64,000 nt of DNA, from contig NC_092670.1 in the NCBI RefSeq assembly GCF_964355755.1, positions 11,022,795-11,086,794 of the forward strand, read 5' to 3'. The stretch is from Antedon mediterranea (lineage: Eukaryota; Animalia; Echinodermata). Shown here one piece after another: positions 52,902 to 64,000 of the stretch. A program made the translations under genes and the position numbers. How positions within the stretch are numbered: position 1 is the first letter of the stretch; the number at the start of each line of letters is the position of its first letter. The notes below the pieces were generated by a model that worked only from the letters and a program-made list of their open reading frames with translations, did no database searches and had not been told where the DNA came from.

Positions 52902-53398
52902 AGGGAGGTTTCGCAATCTTACGAATACGATAACGAAAACGGATACGTCACGCACACGTATTCAAGCCAGTAAAAATCTGTTTCGCATGGCAACGAAATA
53001 TTGAGGGCGCCTCCAAAAATATGACTGCGGTAAATGTGAGGGAAGCGCAGGTACGTGTTGCTTGGTGCTTGGCTGCCTAGGCCTAGCGTAACATCAAAGC
53101 GAGTGAAGACTTTAAAAATTGCTATTTATCAAAATTTACCTGGCATTTTAGTAAATTACTTTAGTAAATTACTTTCAATAAAAGTATAATTATATTATAA
53201 TCATGAATCATTCCGGATTCAAATGCAAAATGTGCAAAATAGATCAAAAACTATACTCGTTTTGTAGTTACGAATATGGTGATATTCGTCAACACAAATA
53301 CGCTTTACGAATATGAAATGGGGATCAGCTCAAAAGCTTCACAAATGTGTGACGTATCTGTTTTCGTTATCGTATTCGTAAGGTTGCGAAACCTCCCT
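52902..53398. mobile_element. PIF/Harbinger-group MITE
   Basis: AAT|AGGGAGGTTTCGCAA...TTGCGAAACCTCCCT|AAT; empty site visible in the mirrored arm at ~54760-54775. Confidence 0.8.
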
Positions 53399-55784
53399 AA
53401 TATGTATAATCAAATAAATACCACCTAGATGTAAAAAAAAATACAGCACAATTAATATCAAAAAGTGAAAAAAATGCTTGGTAAATTGTAGATTATGGTA
53501 GTTAATGTAATGTGTTGTGATACAATTATTGTGTAAATGCATGTGGCGGGCGTATTCCACATGGTGTTCTATTGGAGGGAATGGTGGCGTTTATTTGAGG
53601 GAGGCTTTTATTCAAAGCGGGTGTTAATTCGAATAAATACTCTAATTTTAATAATTATAATTCGTTTCTCAACTGATAAAAGGTACTTATATGATTCGTT
53701 TTCTTCTTTATGCTTTTTAACGAAATGTTTCTGTCTTTTAGAATAAAAGTGACACAGTTATAGATAACATTAAATGGATCTTCTCCTCAAAGTGCCAGTA
53801 TAATGATATAAAACAATGATATATCATTATCCTGACACGATTGCACTCATAATGGATCTTCATTCTATCATCTGTTTGTTTGTGACTACAATTTTGACAA
53901 CAATCTTTTGCATATTTTTAAATGCCAATACATAGTTTCATTACTATTGTACAATATGTCCAGCTTTCCTGAAAACACCCTTGTGTACTGTAGTACAGTG
54001 TTGTAGTATGATTTTATCATGATAACTTCTGATGCTTTTATTGTCAATGCATTCAGTACCTAAAACATGTCAAAGTTTCTAGTGACCGTATTGATAATAA
54101 ATCTCCAGAAACATATATTGTTTTATTATCTACACTGTGAACAGACGTGTATAATATACACCGACAAAACTTATACATATTATGTATAAGTTTTGTCAGT
54201 AACATTCAAAAATATTATGCAACAGTGTTACGGAGTAATGACAATGAATTGGTCTATTATAGTTGTCTCTGATACCTTTTATTACATGATTTTACTTGCA
54301 CCAGGATAGAATGAGGTTTAATCCAGTTATTATTCTTATTATATTAATTAATTTTTTTTTTATCTGGGGTGTATTTATTTGATTATACATGTTACCATTA
54401 TTACACTCAAACAAAATAAACTACTTCCGTGAATAAATAAATGCCCGGGCCTTTTATTCGGGTAACTATGGTAAGTTACTTCTAGCATTCTTTACTGTTG
54501 AGCTCGAGTATTTATTCGAATTAACACTTTAATAACGCTTTGAATAAAAGCCTCCCTCAAATAAACGCCGCCATTCCCTCCAATAGAAAATCATGTGGAA
54601 TAAACGCTCCGCCACATGCATTTACAAAATAATTGTATCACAACACATTTCATTAACTACCATAATCTACAATTTACCAAGCATTTTGACATAATTTTAT
54701 CATTTTTTGATATTAATTGTGCTGTATTTTTGTACATCTAGATGGTATTTATTTGATTATACATGTTACCATATTATACCCCAAATAAAGATGCCTCCCC
54801 TCCCCCTAAAAACCCTTTTGAACAATAAATGCCCGGGGCGTTTAATCGGATACACATGGCAAGTTACTTCTAGCATTCTGAAAAGAACTGTTGAGCTTGA
54901 CGTTTATATCAAAATGTTCTCGTGGACAGCAATAACTAGTACTTGAAATTGAAACAATTTAATGTATCAGTTATTGCATAACATTACTGTCTAAGGATAA
55001 GTTGTGTAGAGATATGTTTTTTGTTTGAAACATTAGTAATAGTATTTTCTGTTCATCTTTTAACCACATTTTCTATTACAATGAATTTAAATATGTATAT
55101 TTCGAACAATTTGATACCCAATTTAAGTTTCTACGACCAGTACTTACAGAGATATAAAGATGCCATGATATGTGGGTCAAAGGTCAGAAATGGCATTTCT
55201 GATAATTTTTGACTAAAATGTCCCATTAGATTGAATATGAAAGCATGCCTTCTGAACATTTTGAGACTAAAATTGACTTGCTGCGACGAGTGGTTGCCGA
55301 GATACAAGTATCTATTTATATTTGTTCATATAACCCTTGACCCTGACCCTTTGACCTTTTGTAACATTTTTAAAAATGTGCAACAAATAACAAAATTTTT
55401 ATTTCAAACACTTTAAGACCACATTAAAGTGTCTACGATCAGTAGTTACGGAGATACATACATGCCCTGGGGTGTGGGTCAAAGGTCAGAAACGGCATTT
55501 CCGGTCATTTTTGACTAAAATGTCCCATTAGACTGAATATAAATGTATACCTTCTGATGAATTTGAGACCAAAATTACCTCGCTGTGACCAGTGGTTGTC
55601 GAGATTTAAGGACCTATTGGTGTTTAGTTTGATAACCTTTCACCCTGACCTTTTGACCTTTCGCCACATTTTCAAAATGTGTAACCAAGCCAATAATGAT
55701 TGTTTGACCATCCTAAACCAATTTCTGAAGTCAAATTCTCTGGACCTCAAAGTGCATACGAAAGTTGATCTAGCTACTAGAGTA

Positions 55785-55830
55785 AACCTTCAAGAGCTGC
55801 CCTTGGAGAATAACAGTATGCTTATATGTA
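55785..55830 (-). pseudogene. Copy E PAN exon, 5' fragment
   Basis: TYKHTVILQGQLLK, aligns to 39100-39146; cut on the right by a Helitron. Confidence 0.85.
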
Positions 55831-56062
55831 CTAGATGGTACGCTCGCTTCGCTCGCGTACCATCTAGGTCGTGCCCACAGATGGTTCTCGAATACATAAT
55901 AATTTCAGCGTTAAAAAACTGGCGATTTCAAATGTACGTACAATAATACATGTCGTTTACAGGAACGAATAAATAGACACTGATTTATGTACTCAACTAA
56001 AATTAGCACCCTGAGAATTACTTCCGGAAAGAGAAACTTGTCACAAAATGAGACCAATTGTT

Positions 56063-59000
56063 CAGTGGGACAGCCAGTCGACAAATCGTGTCAAATTTCG
56101 ACTCGGAGAGGGCGCCCTACTTTTCTAATTTAGTTCAAAATTGCTAAATTTTAGGGTGTTGGAAAAACATAATATTTGTAAATTTAGCTGATTATCGGAA
56201 AAATATTGTTAGTGAAATAAATTCATAAATGGTTTTAATATATTGTCATGTAAAATTAAATGTATTTGAACAAAACGATAATCTGTAATTTAACGGCAAA
56301 ATCAACCAATGTCTTTTTTTCGAAATTGTACCCTAGAAAATCATTAAAATAAAATATTTAGAAAAATTGAACAGTCCTGAATTTAAAATCACTGTTAGAA
56401 AAATTAATAATCTACAGAATACGATATTAAGATACAAAATTCGGTGGTTGGGATGCAGCTCCGACTATTCAAACTAAAGGTACCACTATTTGTTCCATCG
56501 AAAACTAGCGAAACCGCCATTTTGTAAACGGGTGTCACGAAAGCTCAGACCACGAAAGCTCAGACCCCCTAAGACCTAAGATCACGAAAGCTAAGACCCA
56601 ACACCTAAGATTACAAATACTAAGATATACTACAGCTTAAAAACAATACTTGTTTATCCATACATAATTTTAAACACAGTAGGTTTCATTTATTACCATA
56701 AATATAATTTAATACTACCGCAAAACATAGATAAACTCACATTATTTTCGCCCGTTGAGTAAATGTATATTTTTTCTTTACAACAAACAAACTTGACGGG
56801 TTGTTTGTTGGTATATATTTACTCCATTGTGTTGCTTCAGAGGCTGTTTTTCTTACGCACCTGCCTTTCTTGTATTTTGACTCCAAATTTGTTGACTAAC
56901 TTTATCCTGAACACCACACTTTAAAATTAGGACTTATAAGTACTTTCAGAAGGAGAAACACATAATAACAAATAAATAAATCCTTTAAATTGATGATTTT
57001 ACAGATGTGTTTCTTTGTATACTGTAATGACAATGTAACTCCTCGAGCTCCCCCCATGCTCAATGTTTTTGTTTCTATGGAGCGCCAAAAGAGGAACAAT
57101 AATAGTACAAGTATAAAAACAGAAAGAAAACGAAACAAAAAAACTTATCATGATTTTTAAATTAAAATTTATTTGCCAGTATTTATTTCTTCGTACTTGC
57201 ACGATTATACTATTATCATTACAATTTTAATTTTACATTGTTCCATCCACACTGTAGATGGACTCCACAGAGTTTTCAGCCCTCTATATAATTTTTGCTC
57301 TTTTGACGTTCCATAGAAACAAAAACATTGAACATGGCCCATGGGGTAGGCCTACTGTACTGTAGGCTAGTCATTTTGTGTGCGAGAAAAACGTCTGTAA
57401 AATCATCAATTTAAAAATGTATTTGTTACTTTTTATGTGATTCTTTTTCATGAAAGTGCCAATTCTAAGGTGTGGTATTCAGAATAAATGTTGGGAGTTA
57501 AAATACAAGGCAGGTGCGAAAGATAAATATTTGTAATCTTAGGTGTTGGGTCTTAGCTTTCGTGATCTTAGGTCTTAAGGGGTCTGAGCTTTCGTGGTCT
57601 GAGCTTTCGTGACACCCTTTTGTAAACACATCGTCATCGTGTTTATGAATTTATTTATATCGAACGATATACGCGATGTTTATAATTGTCCGCGTATAAG
57701 AATTCATATAAATAAATACATTCCAATACAACGTATATTATTACTTGTTTATTTATCACAGTATACATTTTAGTTGAGGAATATTTATCATAACTATTAT
57801 AATAGCTTTTATACGAGTCCGAGGCCTAGCCCTATTAGCGAGCGATTGTTCCAGGGGCGGAAAGTCACTTAGTGACGTTGTGATCGGGCGCGTCGGGCCT
57901 AGCTAATATTAATAATATGACCTGAAATAAGCGGCTAACAAGAACTGTTATATACTTGCTTACAATTGTTTTATTATTGATGAACAAACAAGCAATTAGA
58001 TTGAATAACAAATTATTTATTCATTTTTTTGGGGTAAAAACATGTACAAACTAGTACTGTATAATATAAATTATAATATTAGTAATATTAAACCATGGAG
58101 GTATACCTCCATGATTAAACTAATACAGTTAATAATAAAATATAAAATAGGCCTAACATACAATAAATATTCAATTTTTAAGGTCTACCACATGACAATA
58201 ACATAATTTACAGAGTATAGTGTAGTAGGTTTGCATTCAACATAAATATTTGTAATTCAACATTTTGTTTTAAATAATTAAATTATAGTTTGGGTATGAC
58301 AATGTCGGTAGGTACCGGTGTCATCTTTTTATCCACTTCACTCTCAGTTTGAAGTCACAAAGACAAAGAACTCTGCATCATCAACGATTCCTGAAAGTGT
58401 CAGAAAAAATAATAAATATTATTTAAAAAAAATGTTAATGTCTGGTTGTATATATAATTATAATATTATATGATGACATAAAAGTAAGGCAAATGGAAGC
58501 TGTATTTTATTAATTAAATTACAGTATTTATTTACTATTATTATTTATATAATCTAGGCCTACTACTAGTAGGCCTACTAGCAGCCTGCTAGGCATCTAT
58601 TCAGCCTAATAAATCAAATAATAAATGAAAAATAAAATAATAATATTAATACTGATTGAAAAAAAGTATTTTTTTTGCGGGGATCAGATCACCAGGCTAG
58701 GCCGGCCAGGACCAATGATACTCGTAATCAGTACAACTTAACGACTATCGGATCAGCATCAACACAGTACAACACACGTCTCGCTATCGCCTATACTGAC
58801 ACACGTGTCTCGCGTTGCCGAAACCACGCTCACAGCTAGAAAATGTACCTACCTTTCGAGGCCTGAGAATACACCAACAAATTTTGACCAGGATAGAAAT
58901 ATATCATACTCGATTAAACTAATATTATTCTTGATAAAACAATTGATTATAATCTTTTTAATTTGTTGGGATGCACCTCCGACTATTCAGAAAATGGACA

Positions 59001-59331
59001 ACAAAACAGTAGTCAAATCGTACCACATTTATAAATTTCACGAGTCCCGATTTCAGTCGCCGAATGTATTGTATTAGCTTCGGTTTCTTTGAAGGAAACC
59101 GATTGGTTATTCAATAATACTTATTAGGAAATGCTTTTACCATAATAGGTAATGTTGGGCGGTACTTAAATATTCATGAGAGCTTAAAATAAAACAGCAC
59201 TTATTTGCTAGGCGACGAAAAATCGTGGTTTCAGTTTTCAACGATAGGTGGCGCTTCAAAATCGTCAATGCGGAAGTAAGTCGATTTTACACGATTTAAC
59301 GGTCAAAACGCGAAGTGGCTTTCCCACTGTG
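56063..59331. mobile_element. TIR element with a CACAGTGGG terminus (Transib/CMC-like), non-autonomous
   Basis: Left cagtgggacagccagtcg..aaatcgtgtcaaat; right attttacacgattt..gtggctttcccactgtg; left end lacks the first CA; no clear TSD. Confidence 0.6.
56530..57617. mobile_element. Mutator-like (MULE) non-autonomous element
   Basis: 10-bp TSD TTTTGTAAAC; ~90-bp TIRs GGGTGTCACGAAAGCTCAGACC../..GGTCTGAGCTTTCGTGACACCC. Confidence 0.85.
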
Positions 59332-60014
59332 TTTAAGTCAAATTTAAACAAACTTAATTTGTGTTTTGTATTTAACATTAGGGGTGAGGGATGGGGAAGA
59401 GGATGGGTGCAAAGAGGAACAATTTTTAAATATATTAAATATATTCTTTATCCATTTAGTAACGAAATATTAATTGTTTTCATGTTTTACAAATAATATA
59501 TCACTAAACACAGTAAAACATTGCTATGTAATACTTTGTTGAAACTATCACCGTCCTAGTCGATATCGCATTTAGGTATTGATAATAATAATAATATGGC
59601 TTTTGAATATATAATTACTGTCTGTAGAATAACATTTATTTTATATGGGTTGTATTATTGCTAAGCTATCACCAAATCGCGTTATAACATTATTTCTCAG
59701 GGTTTTTTGCCCCATTGATCAATACCAAACGCGTATCGGTATTATAGTTTTTAATGAATCATTACATTAATAAAAATACTCAATTAAATTAATCGTGTCA
59801 GTCCAATTCCGACTTATGTTTCGATCACATAGTTCTGTGTCTACACTGTCCCAACTAGTTTAACAAAAAAAGTGTGATGTGCCCAAATATGGTAGTGATA
59901 TGCCCGATTATCGTAGTGATATGACATCGTCATGTCTATATAATATGGGCACATCATATTTAGTTTGATAGTATATATAGACAGAGCTTAAGGATTATAT
60001 TTAAAAAATGTTTT

Positions 60015-60293
60015 CTTACATTTTGAACGGAAGTATTTATTTGTTTATAAGCCCAATTTTCCAGTCTTAATTTTACATTTTGAAAAAAAGTATTTATTTG
60101 TTTATAAGCCCAATTTTCCAGTCTTAATTTTACATTTTGAAAAAAAAGTATTTTATTTGTTGATAAGCCCAATTGTGCAGTCTTATTTTACATTTGAACG
60201 AAAGTATTTATTTGTTAATAAGCCCAATTTTGCAGTCTTATTTTACCTTTTAAACGAAAGTATTTATTTGTTGATAAGCCGAATTTTCCAGTT
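60015..60293. repeat. ~57-bp tandem repeat, about 5 copies
   Basis: ttacattttgaa..aagtatttatttgtttataagcccaattttccagtctta unit. Confidence 0.85.
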
Positions 60294-60492
60294 TAATAAT
60301 AATGACCCCTTCCACAGTGCTTATACCATATACATTTTACATGATATTGACCGTGGGTTCTTTACGCCTCTGATGCATTTGTTTTTATTGTACCTTTTTA
60401 ATAAATTATTATATGTTTAGGCCTAATCACACCCAATTTAATGAAACGGTCAGATTCCGATTTCAATTGAACGAAAGTAGTACTGTATTTAT

Positions 60493-63400
60493 TGTAAAGT
60501 TCATAAGATACATAGCGCTAGATAATTATTTTAGATTAGCCCTCTAGCGATAACCTTCGACATGATCGGAGGATGATGGCAAAAAACCATGTGTTAAAGA
60601 TGGTTTCGTAGTTCTATAGGGGAACTAAACATCCAAGTGTAGTTTAAAGTATAGTTTCATAGGGAAACTAGATAGATACTTTAAGATAATATTGTTAATA
60701 GATAAAGGAAGATTTCAAGTGTACTAGGAAGGTTCAGAAGTTTCGAAACCTCTCAATCCTCGACCATACTCAAATTAAAGAAAGAGAAAAGAATAAAGAT
60801 ACTTTGACAGATTTTACTGAGCATCGTGATTGTTGTTATCTGCCTGACTTATCCTGTACACCTGTTAACATTTCGAAACTTGACAATGTCAAGCACACAG
60901 AGTTCGACTAGAAGTAGCCAATTAGAGATATCAGCAGCAGAATCAAGAGCTGAATTGGCGGTTGCTAAGGCGAGAGCTCAATATAATAAGAAAACCTTAC
61001 AGAAAAGATTAGAACTTGAACAAATAGAAGAAGAGGGTAAATTAGCCGTAGCACAAGCCGGCTCAGATGCCTTGGACAAAGAGCTAGAACGATTGTCCAT
61101 TACGGCTGACGATACACCTCAGGTACCAAATACTGATGCGGTCGATAAGGTTAGTCAATACCTTGACTCATTAGACAAAAACGAAGCGGTACAGCCTGTC
61201 TTAGAACCAGTACCACCTACACTATCACCTAATGCAACATCATGGTTTCCAAGGGCAAACCCAACTACAGATCAGACCACAGTTACACCTAAACCTGAAA
61301 TAAGCTCTGCACCTTACCTGATTACACCTACTCCAGCCGTTGAACAGACCAATAATATACTACTACAGAATTTGATTAAAAAACAGGGAGAAGTACTGTC
61401 CCAATGGTTGATACAAACAAGTCTACCTAAAAGGGGACTTACAAAATTCGACGGCAACCCAATAGATTATGGACGATTTAAGAGAGCCTTTAAGCACGAG
61501 GTGGAAGGCCAGGCAAGGTTCGCAGCGAGAGAGACAAACTGTACTACTTAGAACAATATACAACTGGTGAGGTGAATAATCTGGTCAAGAGCTATTTAGC
61601 TATGGATCCTGGAGAAGGCATTAGACAAGCGAAGCAGGCGCTAATAGATAAATACGGTAATCCATTCAGATTGGCGGATGCCTATATTACATCATTAAAG
61701 GACTTTCCTGATATAAAGGCAGAGGATAAAGATTCTTTGTCCAGATACTCATTACTACTTATCGAATGTAAGAACTCCATGTCCAGTCTCGATCATTTAC
61801 AAGAATTAAATCATACAAGTAGCATACAGACCCTCACGTTGAAACTGCCTTACCGCATGGGAGACAAATGGAGGACCAAAGCAGACCTTATTCAAGAAAC
61901 TAGAAGGGTACAATTTGACGACTTTGTACTATTCGTAGAAAAACAGTCCAGGATTCTTAGTAATCCTACGTTTGGGAACATCAAAGACGAAAAGGTATCT
62001 CAGCGCAAACCACCACATAGACCAAAGGGAGCTTATGCTGCAGCCGAAGTGCAAAGAGACTGTCTTTACTGCAGTAAAGGCGCACACAGAATAGAAGAGT
62101 GCAGGAAATTCGACAACCTGCAAAGACCAGAGAAACTAACCTACATTAAAGAACACAGATTATGCTACGGCTGCTTAACTACTGGTCACTTGGCTAAACA
62201 TTGCAACAGTCGCCACACGTGCACCAAATGTAAGAGGAGGCACCCAAACACGCTCCACCAAGACCCAGTTGTTAACACTAAAACGACAAACAAGAATAAA
62301 GGTAAGCAGCCTAACCAACTGCAAGCTGCGTGTGCCAAGATAAATCAAGGAGAATGTGCCTTGGCAGTGATCCCAGTTCGCGTAAGCGTTGGATGATCAC
62401 ACCAAGTAGAAACATACGCCTTTCTAGATCCAGGGAGCACCATTTCGTTTTGCTCAGAGGCACTCGTAAAACAACTTGGCGTTGGTGGAAGGAATGAATG
62501 TATCACCATTGACACGATGGGGTCTACGTACCGATTAACAACAAAGGCGGTAAAGGGACTAAAGGTAACTTCCCTAGACAACAGAAATATGGAAACTGTT
62601 ATACACACTGCATATACTAAGAGCAACTTACCTATTCAGAAGGCACACTTTCCTAAACAATCGGACATTGACAAGTGGCCACATTTACAAGGCGTAAAAA
62701 TACCCCAGATAGATAAGGGTAAAGAAGTGGGTCTACTGATGGGCATGGGTGTAGCAAGTGCTTATACACCTCTGGAAGTAAAAACAGGACCTATCGACGC
62801 TCCCCATGCAACCAGAACTAACCTGGGGTGGATCGTTTGGAACTTGATTGGTAACCACGAAAGTAGTCACCCATACCCAGCAAACTTCGTTGGAAGAAAT
62901 GTAGAAAAGTCTACTTACGACACGTTGGAGAAGTTAGTAAAAAGGAGCACCGAGATTGACTTCCCAGAAAGTGGTTTGGATCTTACACAAAACCATTCTG
63001 TTGAAGATAAATTATTCCTCAGGAAAGTAAACGAAAGCATAGTGAAGGGACCCGACAATCACTTTACAATTAGCCTTCCTTTTAGACGCAATGAAGTGGT
63101 CATGCCTGACAACAGACTACAAGCAGTCAAACGACTAGAGTCATTATGTCGTCGTCTGAAGGCAGATAAACCATACGCAATGGAATACACCAACTACATG
63201 GATGAATTGTTAACCAAGGGATATGCAGAGAGAGTACCACCTGACGAAATTATACAAGATGGACACAAATGGTATATCCCTCACCAGGCGTTTACAATCC
63301 CCAGAAACCTGGGAAATTAAGAGTGGTTTTCGACTGTGGAGCAAGATATCAGGGAGTAGCTCTTAATGATGTTTTGTTACCCGGACCAAACCTGACTAGC

Positions 63401-64000
63401 AACCTATTGGGGGTGCTACTCCGTTTCAGGGAAGAAGAAGTTGCCATAATTGCTGATGTGGAAAAGATGTTCCACCAAGTCAAAGTACCGGAAAGTGATA
63501 GAAACTTCCTCAGATTTCTATGGTTCCCAAATGGAAACATTTATGCTACTCCCGTAGAATATAGAATGACCGTGCACCTATTCGGATCAACCTAGTCACC
63601 CTCATGTGCAAATAAGGCACTACAACAGACAGCAGCCGACTGTTCTATTTCAGAAATCCAAGAAAACACCAAGAAAACATTGTTACGTAACTTCTACGTA
63701 GATGATCTGTTAAAGAGTGTGGAGAATCCGGAGACATGAGTGGAACTTATTAAGCAGCTGAGAATACTATGCCAAGATGGAGGATTTCGTTTGACAAAAT
63801 GGACCAGCAATTCAAAGAAAGTAATAAACACTATACCAGAATCTGAACGGTCAAAGGAACTTCAGTCAATTAATCTACATGAAGAAACCATACCATGTGA
63901 AAGAGCATTAGGCATTAAATGGCATCCAGAAGAAGAATATTTATATTTCGAAGCTTCAACCAGAGAGCAAGCTGTCACAAGGAGAGGAATCTTATCTACA
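60493..64000 (+). mobile_element. BEL/Pao LTR retrotransposon (putative 5' LTR ~60493-60870, disrupted gag-pol from ATG 60886), runs off the window
   Basis: LTKFDGNPIDY gag motif, three Zn knuckles (CLYC..H..C, CYGC..H..C, CTKC..H..H), protease [20 protein letters not shown] / [10 protein letters not shown] / HLFG / FYVDD; frameshifts at ~61540 and ~63285, stops at 62394, 63593 and ~63738. LTR limits inferred from TG..CA ends and AATAAA only. Confidence 0.95.

Larger units (their letters stand above)
49167..55784. mobile_element. 6.6-kb long-TIR DNA transposon (Academ-like) with nested insertions
   Basis: AAC|TACTCTAGTAGCTAGATC...GATCTAGCTACTAGAGTA|AAC; ~820-bp TIRs (49167-49992 / ~54985-55784); 3-bp TSD confirmed by the uninterrupted paralog ctccAACcttc at ~39096-39106. 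Confidence 0.88.
55831..59560 (-). mobile_element. Helitron family 1, 5'-truncated and interrupted
   Basis: a|CTAGatggtacgctcgcttcgctcgcgtaccatctag; homology runs to ~56061 and resumes at ~59331-59560. Confidence 0.85.

Noticed and set aside
59290-59331. V(D)J-like recombination signal
   Set aside because: Heptamer CACAGTG present but no ACAAAAACC-like nonamer at 12 or 23 bp; explained as a transposon terminus.

Overview
AT-rich, intron-containing animal DNA, probably a marine invertebrate (inference from gene and transposon content). The backbone is a tandemly duplicated, minus-strand cluster of fibrinogen-related (FReD, ficolin-like) lectin genes. One gene is complete (copy C, 39211-33405): 5 exons including a 25-nt microexon, encoding signal peptide + PAN/apple + fibrinogen domain, 321 aa. 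Four copies are partial: A (last two exons, intact), B (last exon only, intact), D (pseudogenised last exon) and E (PAN exon split by transposons). At least three repeat units start with co-duplicated plus-strand 3' exons of GTDC1/QTMAN. The rest is dense, often nested mobile DNA (Helitrons, Academ-type, Kolobok-type, MULE-like and Harbinger-like elements, L1/Tx1 and CR1-like relics, a degenerate BEL/Pao LTR element running off the right end), minisatellites and one tRNA-like sequence with an ATC anticodon. The most interesting possibility is that the intact orphan 3' exons, which differ mainly at ligand-binding residues and are splice-compatible with the one complete 5' end, act as alternative terminal cassettes of one immune lectin. 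All alignments and translations were done by eye.
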